From Pseudomonadales bacterium (GTDB lineage: Bacteria > Pseudomonadota > Gammaproteobacteria > Pseudomonadales > UBA7239), in contig DAOMGE010000001.1 of NCBI GenBank assembly GCA_035430165.1, forward strand, positions 121,804-185,803: DNA of 64,000 bases, given 5' to 3'. The notes below the pieces were generated by a model. That model was not told the origin of the DNA, made no database searches, and saw only the letters and a list, made by a program, of their open reading frames with translations. Shown piece after piece: positions 8,663 to 18,882 of the stretch. The position numbers and the translations under genes were made by a program. How positions within the stretch are numbered: position 1 is the first letter of the stretch; each line of letters opens with the position of its first letter.

Positions 8663-10117
8663 ATGAGCAGGCTACTGATTGTCATCGACAAACTGGAAGA
8701 CTGGCGGGCATTTTATCCTTCAGAGGATGTTATCAGCGCACAGGATTACATCCAGAATTTCCAGACACAGGAACGTGTACAAGTTATCAACTTGTGCAAA
8801 CGCTATAAGTATCTCGGCATCGGCTACTACGTCTCCCTGTTGGCCGAAGCGCGTGGCCACCGCGTCATGCCATCGGTCAAAACCCTGAGCGACCTGAACG
8901 AAAAAGCCATTTTCAGTTTGCTTGATGAAGATTTTGACAAACAGCTGTCTGCACAACTCGGTAGCAAGGACGGCTTGCAATTTACATGCAAGGCCTATTT
9001 CGGACAAACCGATGAGCAGCCATTGCGCGAAGTGGCACGACAGATTTTCGAACGCTATCCGATACCGGTCATGGAAATTTCCGTACACCGCAAGGGCAAC
9101 TGGCGTCTGCAATCGATACAGTTAATCGGCTTGTCCACACTCGACGACGCCGAGGAAACGGCTTTTGCCAATTCCCTGGATTATTTTTCATCCAAGGTCT
9201 GGCGTCCGGAACGGCCGCGACAAACCTACCGCTACGATCTGGCCATGCTGGTGAATCCGAAGGAGGTGATGGCACCCAGCAATGAAGCCGCGTTGAGAAA
9301 ATTCGAAAAAGCGGGCAAGAAATGCGGCATCCTGGTCGAGCGCATTGGCAAGAAAGACCTGTTCCGGCTTGCCGAATATGATGCGCTGTTTATTCGCGAA
9401 ACCACCGCAGTACCCCACCACACTTACCGTTTTGCCAGAAAAGCTGCATCGGAAGGCATGGTCGTGATCGACGATCCCGAATCAATCCTGAAATGCACCA
9501 ACAAGATTTATCTGGCCAGCTTGCTCACCACCCACAAACTTCCTTCGCCCAAGACCCTGATACTGAACAAAACCCGTTCGCTTTCCCTGAAGTCTGTTAT
9601 CGAAGACCTGGGCTTACCGATAGTCCTGAAAATTCCCGACGGTTCATTTTCTATCGGCGTCACCAAGTCCAGTACCATGGAAGAACTGGAAAAAAACCTG
9701 GAAGACATGTTCGAGAAAAGTGCGCTGGTGTTGGCGCAGGAATATATCTACACCGATTTCGACTGGCGTATCGGCATCCTTAACAACCAGCCGTTGTATG
9801 CCTGCCGTTACTACATGGCGAAAAAACACTGGCAGATTTATCACCACGAAGGCAATAAAACCAAATCAGGCGACTTCGATACGTTGCCAACCTACGAAGC
9901 GCCGGACGCTGTCATCAAGGCCGCGCTCGATGTCTGCAAGCGCATAGGCACCGGTTTTTACGGCGTCGATATCAAACAGAAAGGTGACAAGGTTTTTATC
10001 ATCGAGGTCAATGACAATCCTTCTGTGGAAGCCGGTGTCGAGGACGACTTCCTGAAAGACAAGCTGTACGAACTGATCATGGGCGAGTTCCGTCGCCGAC
10101 TGGATGCAGAAAGCTAG
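8663..10117 (+). CDS. RimK-family ATP-grasp ligase with a roughly 190-aa N-terminal extension
   Basis: The C-terminal 300 aa show ATP-grasp features (PIVLKIPDGSFSIGV..., LAQEYIYTDFDWRIGILN, FYGVDIKQKGDKVFIIEVNDNP). I prefer the ATG at 8663 (MSRLLIVIDKLEDW) to the ORF-track start at 8576. The start remains uncertain. Confidence 0.75.
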   Translation: MSRLLIVIDKLEDWRAFYPSEDVISAQDYIQNFQTQERVQVINLCKRYKYLGIGYYVSLLAEARGHRVMPSVKTLSDLNEKAIFSLLDEDFDKQLSAQLGSKDGLQFTCKAYFGQTDEQPLREVARQIFERYPIPVMEISVHRKGNWRLQSIQLIGLSTLDDAEETAFANSLDYFSSKVWRPERPRQTYRYDLAMLVNPKEVMAPSNEAALRKFEKAGKKCGILVERIGKKDLFRLAEYDALFIRETTAVPHHTYRFARKAASEGMVVIDDPESILKCTNKIYLASLLTTHKLPSPKTLILNKTRSLSLKSVIEDLGLPIVLKIPDGSFSIGVTKSSTMEELEKNLEDMFEKSALVLAQEYIYTDFDWRIGILNNQPLYACRYYMAKKHWQIYHHEGNKTKSGDFDTLPTYEAPDAVIKAALDVCKRIGTGFYGVDIKQKGDKVFIIEVNDNPSVEAGVEDDFLKDKLYELIMGEFRRRLDAES

Positions 10118-11979
10118 AAATTTCCCGCAAACACTTTGCGCAAGAGTTTTTCCCGCAAGGAATCCTGTTCATCAAAACCCATCCTGCCCCGGTAGCGCTC
10201 TGGCACGTCTTCGCCGGAAAAGATTGACCTGACAACACCTGCCAGCAATTCGAGCGGATTACTGCTGGCCGCTTTCAGTTTTTGCAAGGCGGCAATAATC
10301 ACCAGCTCGTCATCGGTAAAATCGTGGCCAAAAGGAAAGTCCGGCAGCAATTGCCGGAATGGCTGCAACAACGAGTTCAGGCGCTCAGGTGTATTCTGGC
10401 AATAGCGAGCGGGGATAACATAATCAGCCGGAAGTTTTTTATGCTCGACTGCCCACAAGCGTAACGCATCCTGAAAGCGCGAGTCGCTCACTTTCAATAA
10501 TTCCGCGATAACATCCGCATCACTTTTTCCGCGCAGATCTGCAATGCCGTATTCAGTGATGACGATATCGCGCAAGTGCCGGGGAATCGTACAACTGGCG
10601 TAGTGCGTGACAATATTCGATTGCGGCTTGCCTTCACTCATCCGCCAACTGCGCAACATCAGTATCGAGCGAGCCTCGGGTAGCTCATGTGCCATCGCTA
10701 CAAAATTATACTGGCCACCCACACCACTGACGACACGACCGTCTTCCAGCCCATCCGAAATGGCGGCACCAGACAGGGTTACCATCATGCAGGTATTGAT
10801 GAAAGCAGCTTTCACACGCTGGCGGCGCTTTCCAGATTCTGTACCACGCGCATCCGCGTACAAGTGATTGATATAGGTAATGCTGTTCATATCAATTTTT
10901 GCCAGCAATTCTTCCGGCATATCGCGCAGTGCCTGATAGAAACGTGGCGGCCCGATAAAAAACCCGCCATGCAGGATAATCTCGCAGCCCGTAGCAGAAT
11001 CTGTAACACCACGCTTTACCACGCCGGCATTCACAAGCTCCAGCAATCCGTTGACGAACATTTCCGTGCACGCATACAGACCTTCACGGAAATTTTCCAC
11101 CCGCACCGAATCGGGCAATTTTCCGTCATGCATGGCATGCAGGATGCTGCAGTAATCCGCATTATCGTAGTGGCGCACAATCAGCGCCCGGGAAATGGCA
11201 TCGCCCAGTGAGCCGATACCGATTTGCAAAGTGCCACCATCCTGCACCAGGCTGCTGGCATGCAGGCCGATTGCATAATCTGTCAGGCTGACTTTCATGT
11301 TTGGCGTACAGAACAGGGTGTGTGTCGCAGCAGGGTCGTCGACAATGACATCAAAAAAATCCGTCGGCACTTCCGCTGCACCCGGCATGAACGGCAATTC
11401 GCGATTGATCACACCGATCAGGAGATTTTTTTCGCCCTGCTGGCGCTGCGCACGCAGCATAGCCGCAAGATCCAGTGTCACATCAGGATTGCACGACAGC
11501 GACAGGCGAAGCTTTCCATCCACTTCACGTACTGCAATCGCCTGTGCCAGCACATTCGGTTTTCTCGACGCCATATCACGTGCAATATGCGTGTAATTGC
11601 TCGAGATAAAGTGTTGCTGTGCGTGCGTGTTAGCCAGCCAGTCTCCGGATTTCAGGAAAAACTCATGCACTGCAACATTGGCAGGCAGGGCCTGGCGCTG
11701 CATGTCGAGTGCGTAATCCAGGTCGGGATAATTACCGAAAAGCCTTTCGGTCAATGGCTGCAAAAAACGCTGCTCCAGTTCGCTGGAGGCCTGCGGCTTC
11801 AGCAATGACAGGGCAGTATAGATATCGAGTTGCAGCGCTGGATTTTCCCTGGCAATTCCATAAAGCGCATTGATGTAGGTATTGGGTTTGCCGATACCAA
11901 GCGGCATGGCGATGCGAATCGCCGATCCGGATTCACGCAGTGTGAAGGCAACAGCCTTGTCGACGCTATCAAGGATCAC
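10114..11979 (-). CDS. Acetyl-CoA hydrolase/transferase family protein
   Basis: 621 aa. Motifs LGIGKPN..., LQIGIGSLGDA and GGQYNFV resemble the CoA-transferase/acetyl-CoA hydrolase family. Overlaps the upstream gene's stop by 4 nt. Confidence 0.7.
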   Translation of the reverse strand: MILDSVDKAVAFTLRESGSAIRIAMPLGIGKPNTYINALYGIARENPALQLDIYTALSLLKPQASSELEQRFLQPLTERLFGNYPDLDYALDMQRQALPANVAVHEFFLKSGDWLANTHAQQHFISSNYTHIARDMASRKPNVLAQAIAVREVDGKLRLSLSCNPDVTLDLAAMLRAQRQQGEKNLLIGVINRELPFMPGAAEVPTDFFDVIVDDPAATHTLFCTPNMKVSLTDYAIGLHASSLVQDGGTLQIGIGSLGDAISRALIVRHYDNADYCSILHAMHDGKLPDSVRVENFREGLYACTEMFVNGLLELVNAGVVKRGVTDSATGCEIILHGGFFIGPPRFYQALRDMPEELLAKIDMNSITYINHLYADARGTESGKRRQRVKAAFINTCMMVTLSGAAISDGLEDGRVVSGVGGQYNFVAMAHELPEARSILMLRSWRMSEGKPQSNIVTHYASCTIPRHLRDIVITEYGIADLRGKSDADVIAELLKVSDSRFQDALRLWAVEHKKLPADYVIPARYCQNTPERLNSLLQPFRQLLPDFPFGHDFTDDELVIIAALQKLKAASSNPLELLAGVVRSIFSGEDVPERYRGRMGFDEQDSLREKLLRKVFAGNF

Positions 11980-12731
11980 AGGCTGTGCAGATACAGGACT
12001 TGCTGCAGGATACTGCGGATATTTTCCATACCGACTTTCAGTGTCGCCTCAATCGCCTCCATGGTGATCAGTTCATCGGTACAACCGGCTGCCCAGTTGG
12101 CCACAACACACAAACTCGCGTACTCGATGCCGACTTCACGAGCCAATGGCGCTTCCGGTATCGCAGTCATACCCACCAGATCACAGCCATCACGCTGCAT
12201 GCGGACAATTTCGGCTGCAGTTTCAAGACGCGGCCCCTGTGTGCAACCGTAAACACCGCGCGCCAACACTGAAAAACCTGCTGCATCTGATGCGCGCATC
12301 AGCAAATTGCGTGTGATATCGGAATACGGAAAGGTGAAATCAATATGTTGCAGCGGTGAATGTTCATCATCGCTGAAGGTATGGATGCGTCCCCAGGTGT
12401 AATCAATAATCTGGTCCGGGACACAGATGGCTGCCGGACACATATCGTGATGAATCCCGCCAACAGCATTCACCGCAATAATCTGCTCGACGCCCAGTTG
12501 TTTCAATGCATGGATGTTTGCACGGTAATTGACGCGATGTGGTGGCCATTCATGCTTTTCGCCGTGACGCGCAAGAAAATAAACCGGTTTACTGTTCTTC
12601 TGCAGTCCAAACCTGCCACGCAAAACCGGTGCCGATGGCAAACCATACGGTGTATCCAGCGATAATTTTTCTTCGACCACCAGTCCATCAAGCTGGTCGA
12701 GGCCCGTGCCACCGATAATTGCAATTGTCAT
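11976..12731 (-). CDS. S-methyl-5'-thioadenosine/thioinosine phosphorylase (MTAP/MTIP family)
   Basis: 251 aa. IIGGTGL..., FLARHG..H..PH.VNYRANI and GPRLETAAE..M....GCDLVGMT are typical of the MTAP family. Confidence 0.85.
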   Translation of the reverse strand: MTIAIIGGTGLDQLDGLVVEEKLSLDTPYGLPSAPVLRGRFGLQKNSKPVYFLARHGEKHEWPPHRVNYRANIHALKQLGVEQIIAVNAVGGIHHDMCPAAICVPDQIIDYTWGRIHTFSDDEHSPLQHIDFTFPYSDITRNLLMRASDAAGFSVLARGVYGCTQGPRLETAAEIVRMQRDGCDLVGMTAIPEAPLAREVGIEYASLCVVANWAAGCTDELITMEAIEATLKVGMENIRSILQQVLYLHSL

Positions 12732-12745
12732 GACGAATCCTTCTT

Positions 12746-13306
12746 CTACAAACCTTTTACTGCGTAGATGCCCGGTGCATTGCGCAAATAGCCCTTGTAA
12801 TCCATACCGTAACCGAACACATAGCGATCAGGCACATCCAGGCCGACAAAATCCGCTTTCAATTCCGGTGGCTGGCGACGGTCGTGATGCTTTTCTACCA
12901 GCACAGCCGTGTAGATTTTTCTGGCACCTTCGCGCTCACAAAACCTGATCACTTCATGCAAGGTAATTCCCTCATCGAGAATGTCATCAATGATCAATAC
13001 GGTGCGGCCCTGCAGTTCATGACGCGGCTTGACCAGCCATTCCACTTCCGTAACACCCTGGGTGTTATTGCGGTAACGCGTGGCATGGATGTAATCCAGC
13101 TGCAAATGAAAATCCAGGCGTGGCAGCAATTTGCCCGCAATCACCATCGCGCCACTCATCAGTGATAGCAATAACGGATTGGCATCTTTCATTTCCGCTG
13201 TGATTTTTTCCGCCATGGCATCAATGGCGTTGTGGACCTGCTCGCGATCAAACAGGCAATCGGCTTCACGCCAGACTGTTTCCACTTCCTGCAAACTTAC
13301 CGTCAT
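12746..13306 (-). CDS. hpt: Hypoxanthine-guanine phosphoribosyltransferase
   Basis: 186 aa. Carries the PRPP-binding motif VLIIDDILDEGITL and a type I PRTase layout. Overlaps the nagZ stop by 4 nt. Confidence 0.85.
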   Translation of the reverse strand: MTVSLQEVETVWREADCLFDREQVHNAIDAMAEKITAEMKDANPLLLSLMSGAMVIAGKLLPRLDFHLQLDYIHATRYRNNTQGVTEVEWLVKPRHELQGRTVLIIDDILDEGITLHEVIRFCEREGARKIYTAVLVEKHHDRRQPPELKADFVGLDVPDRYVFGYGMDYKGYLRNAPGIYAVKGL

Positions 13307-14328
13307 AACGCAAGACTCTTTTTCAATATTTCATGCGCACGCCGCCACTGTTGGCTTGTACGCAATGCAGGTAGGCCAGCCCGGGCAAATGGGCGTTTCA
13401 GTCGCTGCAAATTGCTTGCCGGTGCAAGGCCGGATTGCTCCAGCGCCCCGACCACTGCCTGTTGTGCCGGTCGCTGGTTGCAAACCAGCAATGCCGTGCA
13501 ACCGGCTGCCAGTGCCACTCGCGCGCGCTCACCCATATCAGCAATCACACCGGCACCTTCCATGGTGAGGTCATCACTGAAAATCACACCATCAAACCGC
13601 AATTGCTTTTTTAGAATGTCTTGCAGCCAGTACGATGAAAATCCGGCAGGATGCTTGTCAACTGCGCTATACACAACATGCGCTGGCATCACTGCATCCA
13701 GCTTGCCTTGTTCACTGAGATGGCGATATGGCATTACATCGTCAGCAAGGATTGCCTCCAGTGCGCGCGCATCAACCGGCGTCTCAAAATGACTATCACC
13801 CGTGACTGCGCCATGACCCGGAAAATGCTTGCCCGTTGCACACATATTCGCATCGTGCATGCCATCAACAAACGCCTCACTGAGAATGCTGGCGATTCTT
13901 GCATCAATGGAAAAGGAACGGTTGGCGATAACAGCACAGCGATTGTCATCAAGATCAAGTACCGGCGCAAAACTCAGGTCGATGCCACAAGCGCGCAATT
14001 CAGCGGCCATCAACCAGCCACAAGCATGCGCCAGCAGCAATCCCTGTTTTTCTTCACGGGCATACACTGCACCGATATCTGCCATGGGAGGAATGATAGT
14101 GAAACCATCACGAAAACGTTGTACGCGGCCACCCTCCTGATCGACACAAATGACCAGTTCTGGACGCACGGCGCGGATTTCCGCCACCAGATTTTCGAGC
14201 TGGGCTATCGACTGGAAATTGCGGGCAAACAGAATGATGCCACCCACCCAGGGGTTGCCCAGCAATTGCTCGTCTTCAGCGGTCAACGTCAAGCCTGCCA
14301 CATCGACTATCACCGGCCCCAACATCAT
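13303..14328 (-). CDS. nagZ: Beta-N-acetylhexosaminidase (GH3, peptidoglycan recycling)
   Basis: 341 aa. Contains VGGIILFARNF, DQEGGRVQRF and KHFPGHG...DSH, the GH3 NagZ signature. Confidence 0.9.
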   Translation of the reverse strand: MMLGPVIVDVAGLTLTAEDEQLLGNPWVGGIILFARNFQSIAQLENLVAEIRAVRPELVICVDQEGGRVQRFRDGFTIIPPMADIGAVYAREEKQGLLLAHACGWLMAAELRACGIDLSFAPVLDLDDNRCAVIANRSFSIDARIASILSEAFVDGMHDANMCATGKHFPGHGAVTGDSHFETPVDARALEAILADDVMPYRHLSEQGKLDAVMPAHVVYSAVDKHPAGFSSYWLQDILKKQLRFDGVIFSDDLTMEGAGVIADMGERARVALAAGCTALLVCNQRPAQQAVVGALEQSGLAPASNLQRLKRPFARAGLPALRTSQQWRRAHEILKKSLAL

Positions 14329-14347
14329 GATTTTCCCTCGGAGTGAA

Positions 14348-15310
14348 CTATGGTGTGTTTGTCAGATAATTGCATTTGCGCATCAGATCTGCAAACGGAA
14401 ATTCAACCCAGGCTTGTGTCAACAAGTCCTTGTGCTCGACAGCAGGATCAAACGCAAAAAAACTGACCTGTCCTGGTGACAGTTGCGTGGGGACAATGTC
14501 TTGCATCGAAATATTTTGTGCAGCCAATAACTGTTTCAAGTGTTCATTGCCTGCGCGAGCCGGCTCGGTATAGGAGCTGAAAAAAAACATCTGGTGGCGA
14601 TGCCTGGCTATCCACCCTGCAAATTTTTCTTCCTGTCCATACAGCGCATCCAGCAGGATAACGCCCTTGATACGCCTGTCCGCGCCACCCGCATCCAGTG
14701 CATAGGCTGCAGCCTGGTAGCCACCACTGTATGCCACCAGTACCACAGGTGCCTGTTCCAGTGCGCGGCGATAGCGGACATCATGATGCAGTTGCGCCGC
14801 TTGTTCCGCCGCCTCATCGAGAAAATCTGCAAAAAAACCCTGCTCCCAGAAATGCCCTGCACTGGAATCTTTTGCATCGACTGCAAACTGCGGCGCCACC
14901 AGCACGGCATTCAGGCCAGACTCCGCCAGCTGTCTTGGCACCTGCTGGCGATCTCGCACATCCCGCTCCAGTATCGATTCATTACCATGGAGGAATACCA
15001 CCAGCACAGCCGGGCGATTCACATCAAATTTTTTCGGGATTGTCATCATGACGCGACGATCACTGTAAGTAGCATCCTGCCAGTACACACCACCTCGCAG
15101 AGAGGTGTGCCCGCGCTGTCCATCCGCCGTGGAAACATCCAGAAACGGTTTGCCCATTCCAGGCACCGTACCCTCATAGGGAAAAGGCGAGTGCTGGAAT
15201 GCAAGAAGATCGGTTTTCTCGGAAGTCATATGCAACGAGCATGAAGTCAGGAAGAAGAAAACGGATACCAATGACAGCGCCAGAATACCGGGCGAAATCA
15301 TTTTATTCAC
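14348..15310 (-). CDS. Lipoprotein, alpha/beta-hydrolase-like (function unknown)
   Basis: 320 aa. Has a signal peptide with a lipobox (FFFLTSC), VVFLHGN and a possible nucleophile elbow AYSGG. Lies 3 nt downstream of the 884-aa membrane protein gene. Confidence 0.55.
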   Translation of the reverse strand: MNKMISPGILALSLVSVFFFLTSCSLHMTSEKTDLLAFQHSPFPYEGTVPGMGKPFLDVSTADGQRGHTSLRGGVYWQDATYSDRRVMMTIPKKFDVNRPAVLVVFLHGNESILERDVRDRQQVPRQLAESGLNAVLVAPQFAVDAKDSSAGHFWEQGFFADFLDEAAEQAAQLHHDVRYRRALEQAPVVLVAYSGGYQAAAYALDAGGADRRIKGVILLDALYGQEEKFAGWIARHRHQMFFFSSYTEPARAGNEHLKQLLAAQNISMQDIVPTQLSPGQVSFFAFDPAVEHKDLLTQAWVEFPFADLMRKCNYLTNTP

Positions 15311-15313
15311 CGC

Positions 15314-17968
15314 TCATATCTCCTGCAGATGAACCGGATTGGACACTGGTCGCAGCACGGCAAAAAAAGCCGGGATAGCAAGAAAATATGCAGCACTCGC
15401 TGTCAGCAAGACGCTGGTCAACCCGAAGGAGGTTGCAATAATCGGCACCATCGCTGCACCGATGACTGAAAAGCAACCGTTAACACCCCAGGCCCATAAA
15501 AACATATGATCCTTGCCGAGTCGGGACAATGTGGTCATTGCAGTCGCCATCGGGAAACCCATCAGGAATGCCGGCGGCGCAATCAGGATAAAACAGCACA
15601 CCAGTCGCCATCCGTAAGGAAGCGAGCCAATCAGATCCAGTATGCGGTCGGTTGCAAACCCGTATGTCGCCAGCAATACACTGATTGCCAGCAATATTTT
15701 CGGCAATACCGTGCGTGCACGATCCAGATAACGCTCGGAAATAAAACTGCCCAATCCGGAAAATACCAGCATGCCCGTGATCAGCACCGATGCCGAAACG
15801 GTTGCATTGCCGAGTGCCAGCATGAAATGTGCAATCATGCCGACTTCGACAGTGATGTAGCCAAGGCCGAGACAGGCAAAAAACAAAATCGTCAGCGCCT
15901 TACCCGGATAACGCTGGAACGCAGCGCGCCATTGGAACAGCACCGGCATCGAGATCAGCACGAGTCCTGCCATGCATGCAATAGCAAGTGTTGCCCACAA
16001 TAAAAGATAGCCCCACTCGTCCTGCAGTAATTCCAGGCGATCCATGATGCGAGGCAAATCACCCGGGCGAACATACGCTGCAAAATACGGACGTGCATTC
16101 GTGAGCGGCCTTGCATCAAACACATAGCGATCAGCAAACGTCGGCCATGTATCCTGCATCAGTGCATGCCATGCCAGTCGCGCCAGCGCAGTGGCAGGTA
16201 CCACATTTTGCTCACTGCCTGGTGACTCTTCCGGAAAACTGACAACACCTTCGCTGTCAGCCGTGACCGCTTTATCATCCTGCGGTGTTACCGACGTCGG
16301 CGCAGCAAAAATCTGCACCTGATAATCATCCAGCACATGTGATACCTTGTCTGCGTCAAAGGCCATACCGGGATAGTAGATTTCATCAAACGACATCGAG
16401 TCGCTATGTTTGTGTAATTTCTCCAGAGTCTCCGGCAGGAAACCGCCGCGCTGGAATAACACAGTTGTGGTCGACAGATAGCTCGATACCACATAAAAAC
16501 TGTCAGCAATATTTTTTTCACCATTGGCACGCGCTGCCGCCACCATCGTGGCATACAGCTTCAATATGGATTTTGGCGGCTCCTCCTTGTTCCACAATGT
16601 AACAGCCAGTACACCATTGTCATTCAACGCACGCATATAGCTTTGCATCGCTTCTTGTGTGTAGGCATATTTTTCAACAATCGCAAAACCACCGGGACTG
16701 GAGAGACCGGCAGAATCTGCAAGACTCAAATCGACAATATCAAAACGCTCCTGCGTGTGAGCCAGATACAAACGACCCTCATAATCCACCACGCGCACCT
16801 TCGGGTTGTACAACACATCCCCGGTAAATTTGCGCAAGCCCTCGTCATGACGAAACGCATCCAGTACCGCCGGATTGGATTCGCCGACTGTGACACGCCT
16901 GGCGCCACTGTGCAGCGCAACCGCCGTGGAAATCCCGCCACCGAACTGCACCACAAACGTTTCCGGTGCCGACTTGATCAGGTACGGATAAATCATGGGC
17001 AGGTAGTGAAAATATTTTGTCTGGTCATCGGACAGATTGCGGATTATGCCGCTAGGGCCATCGCTGTCGACATACATACCGAGGTAGGCATTCGCCGGCA
17101 TTTCCGGCAGGTTTAGTGCGGCGTTGTCAGACAATCCCGGCGCAAAATGCAGGTAAGAACTCGAATAGATTTCCATATAACCGAAAGGCGATGCACGCTC
17201 GTAGACGCGCTGGTTATCAGGAAATTTTCTGGCGTAGGATACGCCCTTGTAGTCTGAAACTGCCAGTCTGGCGATATGCAGTTGCTCAGGCAATACAAAG
17301 TGCGCCGCCACTGCCATCAAAGACAACACAACCGCAACCAAGCCGGTACGGAAATCGCGCAAACCGACAAACCACAGCAAGCTTCCGGCAGCAGCCAGGA
17401 TAATCGGCATCACCACCAGATTTTCCGGGCGCAGGAAAAAAAGAGTACCGAGAAAAAGAAGCCCACAAAAACCGGAACCAGCGAGATCTGCAAAATAGAC
17501 ACGCCCAAAAACACTTTGTGCGCGCAAGAAGACCGTGCCAAGAAAAAAACTACCACACAGGAACGGCAGGAGATACAAAACGAAATTATCGAACAAGTGC
17601 CATTTCTGCACCGGATCTGACAAGAGGAAAATCGCATTGAATGGCAATTGTTGTGCGCCGAGATTGGCGGCCACAACCAGTGGTCCGAAGCTGCACAGGG
17701 ACGCCGCGATGACACCACGCCAGTTACGCTCAAACCACGGCTTTGCAACACACATGATGGCGCTGGTCAAACCAAAACCCAGCATCGCCAGACTGACTAC
17801 CAACGAACCGAAATGCGCCCAGCTCCCTACTGCAAAAATCCGCATGATGGCAATCTGCAGCGCAATGACTGCACCTGCCACACAAGCTACCGCCACATAC
17901 AACAACCAGCTGCGTTTGTTGCCTTGTTCCCACTCATTGGCAACGGCGGCTTCCGCTGTTGCGCTCAC
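15314..17968 (-). CDS. Polytopic membrane protein with a central spermidine-synthase-like (class I SAM-dependent transferase fold) domain
   Basis: 884 aa. About 7 hydrophobic segments lie N-terminal and about 8 C-terminal. The central part, VVQFGGGISTAVAL...VTVGESNP...VVDYEGRLYL...FDIVDLSLADS, resembles aminopropyltransferase folds. Confidence 0.7.
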   Translation of the reverse strand: MSATAEAAVANEWEQGNKRSWLLYVAVACVAGAVIALQIAIMRIFAVGSWAHFGSLVVSLAMLGFGLTSAIMCVAKPWFERNWRGVIAASLCSFGPLVVAANLGAQQLPFNAIFLLSDPVQKWHLFDNFVLYLLPFLCGSFFLGTVFLRAQSVFGRVYFADLAGSGFCGLLFLGTLFFLRPENLVVMPIILAAAGSLLWFVGLRDFRTGLVAVVLSLMAVAAHFVLPEQLHIARLAVSDYKGVSYARKFPDNQRVYERASPFGYMEIYSSSYLHFAPGLSDNAALNLPEMPANAYLGMYVDSDGPSGIIRNLSDDQTKYFHYLPMIYPYLIKSAPETFVVQFGGGISTAVALHSGARRVTVGESNPAVLDAFRHDEGLRKFTGDVLYNPKVRVVDYEGRLYLAHTQERFDIVDLSLADSAGLSSPGGFAIVEKYAYTQEAMQSYMRALNDNGVLAVTLWNKEEPPKSILKLYATMVAAARANGEKNIADSFYVVSSYLSTTTVLFQRGGFLPETLEKLHKHSDSMSFDEIYYPGMAFDADKVSHVLDDYQVQIFAAPTSVTPQDDKAVTADSEGVVSFPEESPGSEQNVVPATALARLAWHALMQDTWPTFADRYVFDARPLTNARPYFAAYVRPGDLPRIMDRLELLQDEWGYLLLWATLAIACMAGLVLISMPVLFQWRAAFQRYPGKALTILFFACLGLGYITVEVGMIAHFMLALGNATVSASVLITGMLVFSGLGSFISERYLDRARTVLPKILLAISVLLATYGFATDRILDLIGSLPYGWRLVCCFILIAPPAFLMGFPMATAMTTLSRLGKDHMFLWAWGVNGCFSVIGAAMVPIIATSFGLTSVLLTASAAYFLAIPAFFAVLRPVSNPVHLQEI

Positions 17969-18822
17969 TGGTTATGCGTTCCCTTGATTGCATCGCCTTC
18001 CAGTTTGGTAAATGGCACAAATGGCACAACCTTGCCATTGTAAATATCCGAGCGCGTTACTTTCACTGTGCCATCCGGATTTGCTTCCTTGACTACCTTC
18101 AATACGTGTTGCGCGCCGGGAGGACCGACAGGAATCACCATGATGCCGCCAACTTTCAATTGCTGTAAAAGTGGTGGCGGCACGTGGTCAACACCACATG
18201 TCACGATAATCTTGTCGAACGGACCGGCTTCTTCCCAGCCATAGTAGCCATCTGCATTTTTTCTGGTGATATGGCCGTACTCGGTGTATCCGCGCCTGGT
18301 AAGATCTTCATAGATACCGTTGGTGCGTTCCTGCAACGGTTTGATAATTTCTATCGTCCAGACTTTGTCCGTCATGTTGGACAAAATGGCAGACTGGTAA
18401 CCTGAACCCGTACCGATTTCGAGAACTTTTTCACCGTATTTGATATCGAGAGTGCTCGTCATACGACCAACAATATGCGGCCCGGAAATTGTCACGCCGA
18501 ATCCGATATCAAGAAATGCGTGATCATATGAATGCGCAAGACTGATTTTCCGGACAAATTCTTCACGCGGCACCGAGAGAAAAGCACGCTCCACAGCTTC
18601 ACTGCCGATATCTTGCGAAGCTTTCATCACCTGATGGCGATCCCAGCGTTGCCCGAGGAATTTTTCATCCTCATGCCGGTGTGCCACCATCCACGACACA
18701 TAGTTCTCGCGCGAGTCCAGTGGTATGTCTTTATTATTGAATGGCTCATCAGCAAATCCGGCTTGTGTGATACATGCCGACAATACCAGTGCAAATAATC
18801 CGGAAACGATGCGGTAGTTCAA
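17965..18822 (-). CDS. Protein-L-isoaspartate O-methyltransferase-like protein with a lipoprotein signal peptide
   Basis: 285 aa. The N-terminus MNYRIVSGLFALVLSAC contains a lipobox (LSAC). It also has SAM motif I (VLEIGTGSGYQSAIL) and the PIMT-like C-terminus ...IPVG. A 4-nt ATGA overlap links it to the downstream gene. Confidence 0.75.
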   Translation of the reverse strand: MNYRIVSGLFALVLSACITQAGFADEPFNNKDIPLDSRENYVSWMVAHRHEDEKFLGQRWDRHQVMKASQDIGSEAVERAFLSVPREEFVRKISLAHSYDHAFLDIGFGVTISGPHIVGRMTSTLDIKYGEKVLEIGTGSGYQSAILSNMTDKVWTIEIIKPLQERTNGIYEDLTRRGYTEYGHITRKNADGYYGWEEAGPFDKIIVTCGVDHVPPPLLQQLKVGGIMVIPVGPPGAQHVLKVVKEANPDGTVKVTRSDIYNGKVVPFVPFTKLEGDAIKGTHNQ

Positions 18823-18882
18823 GGTAATGCTCCCATTCAGACCCGTTGGTACAGGCCAGGACTCTGTGAAAATGACGCGCGA

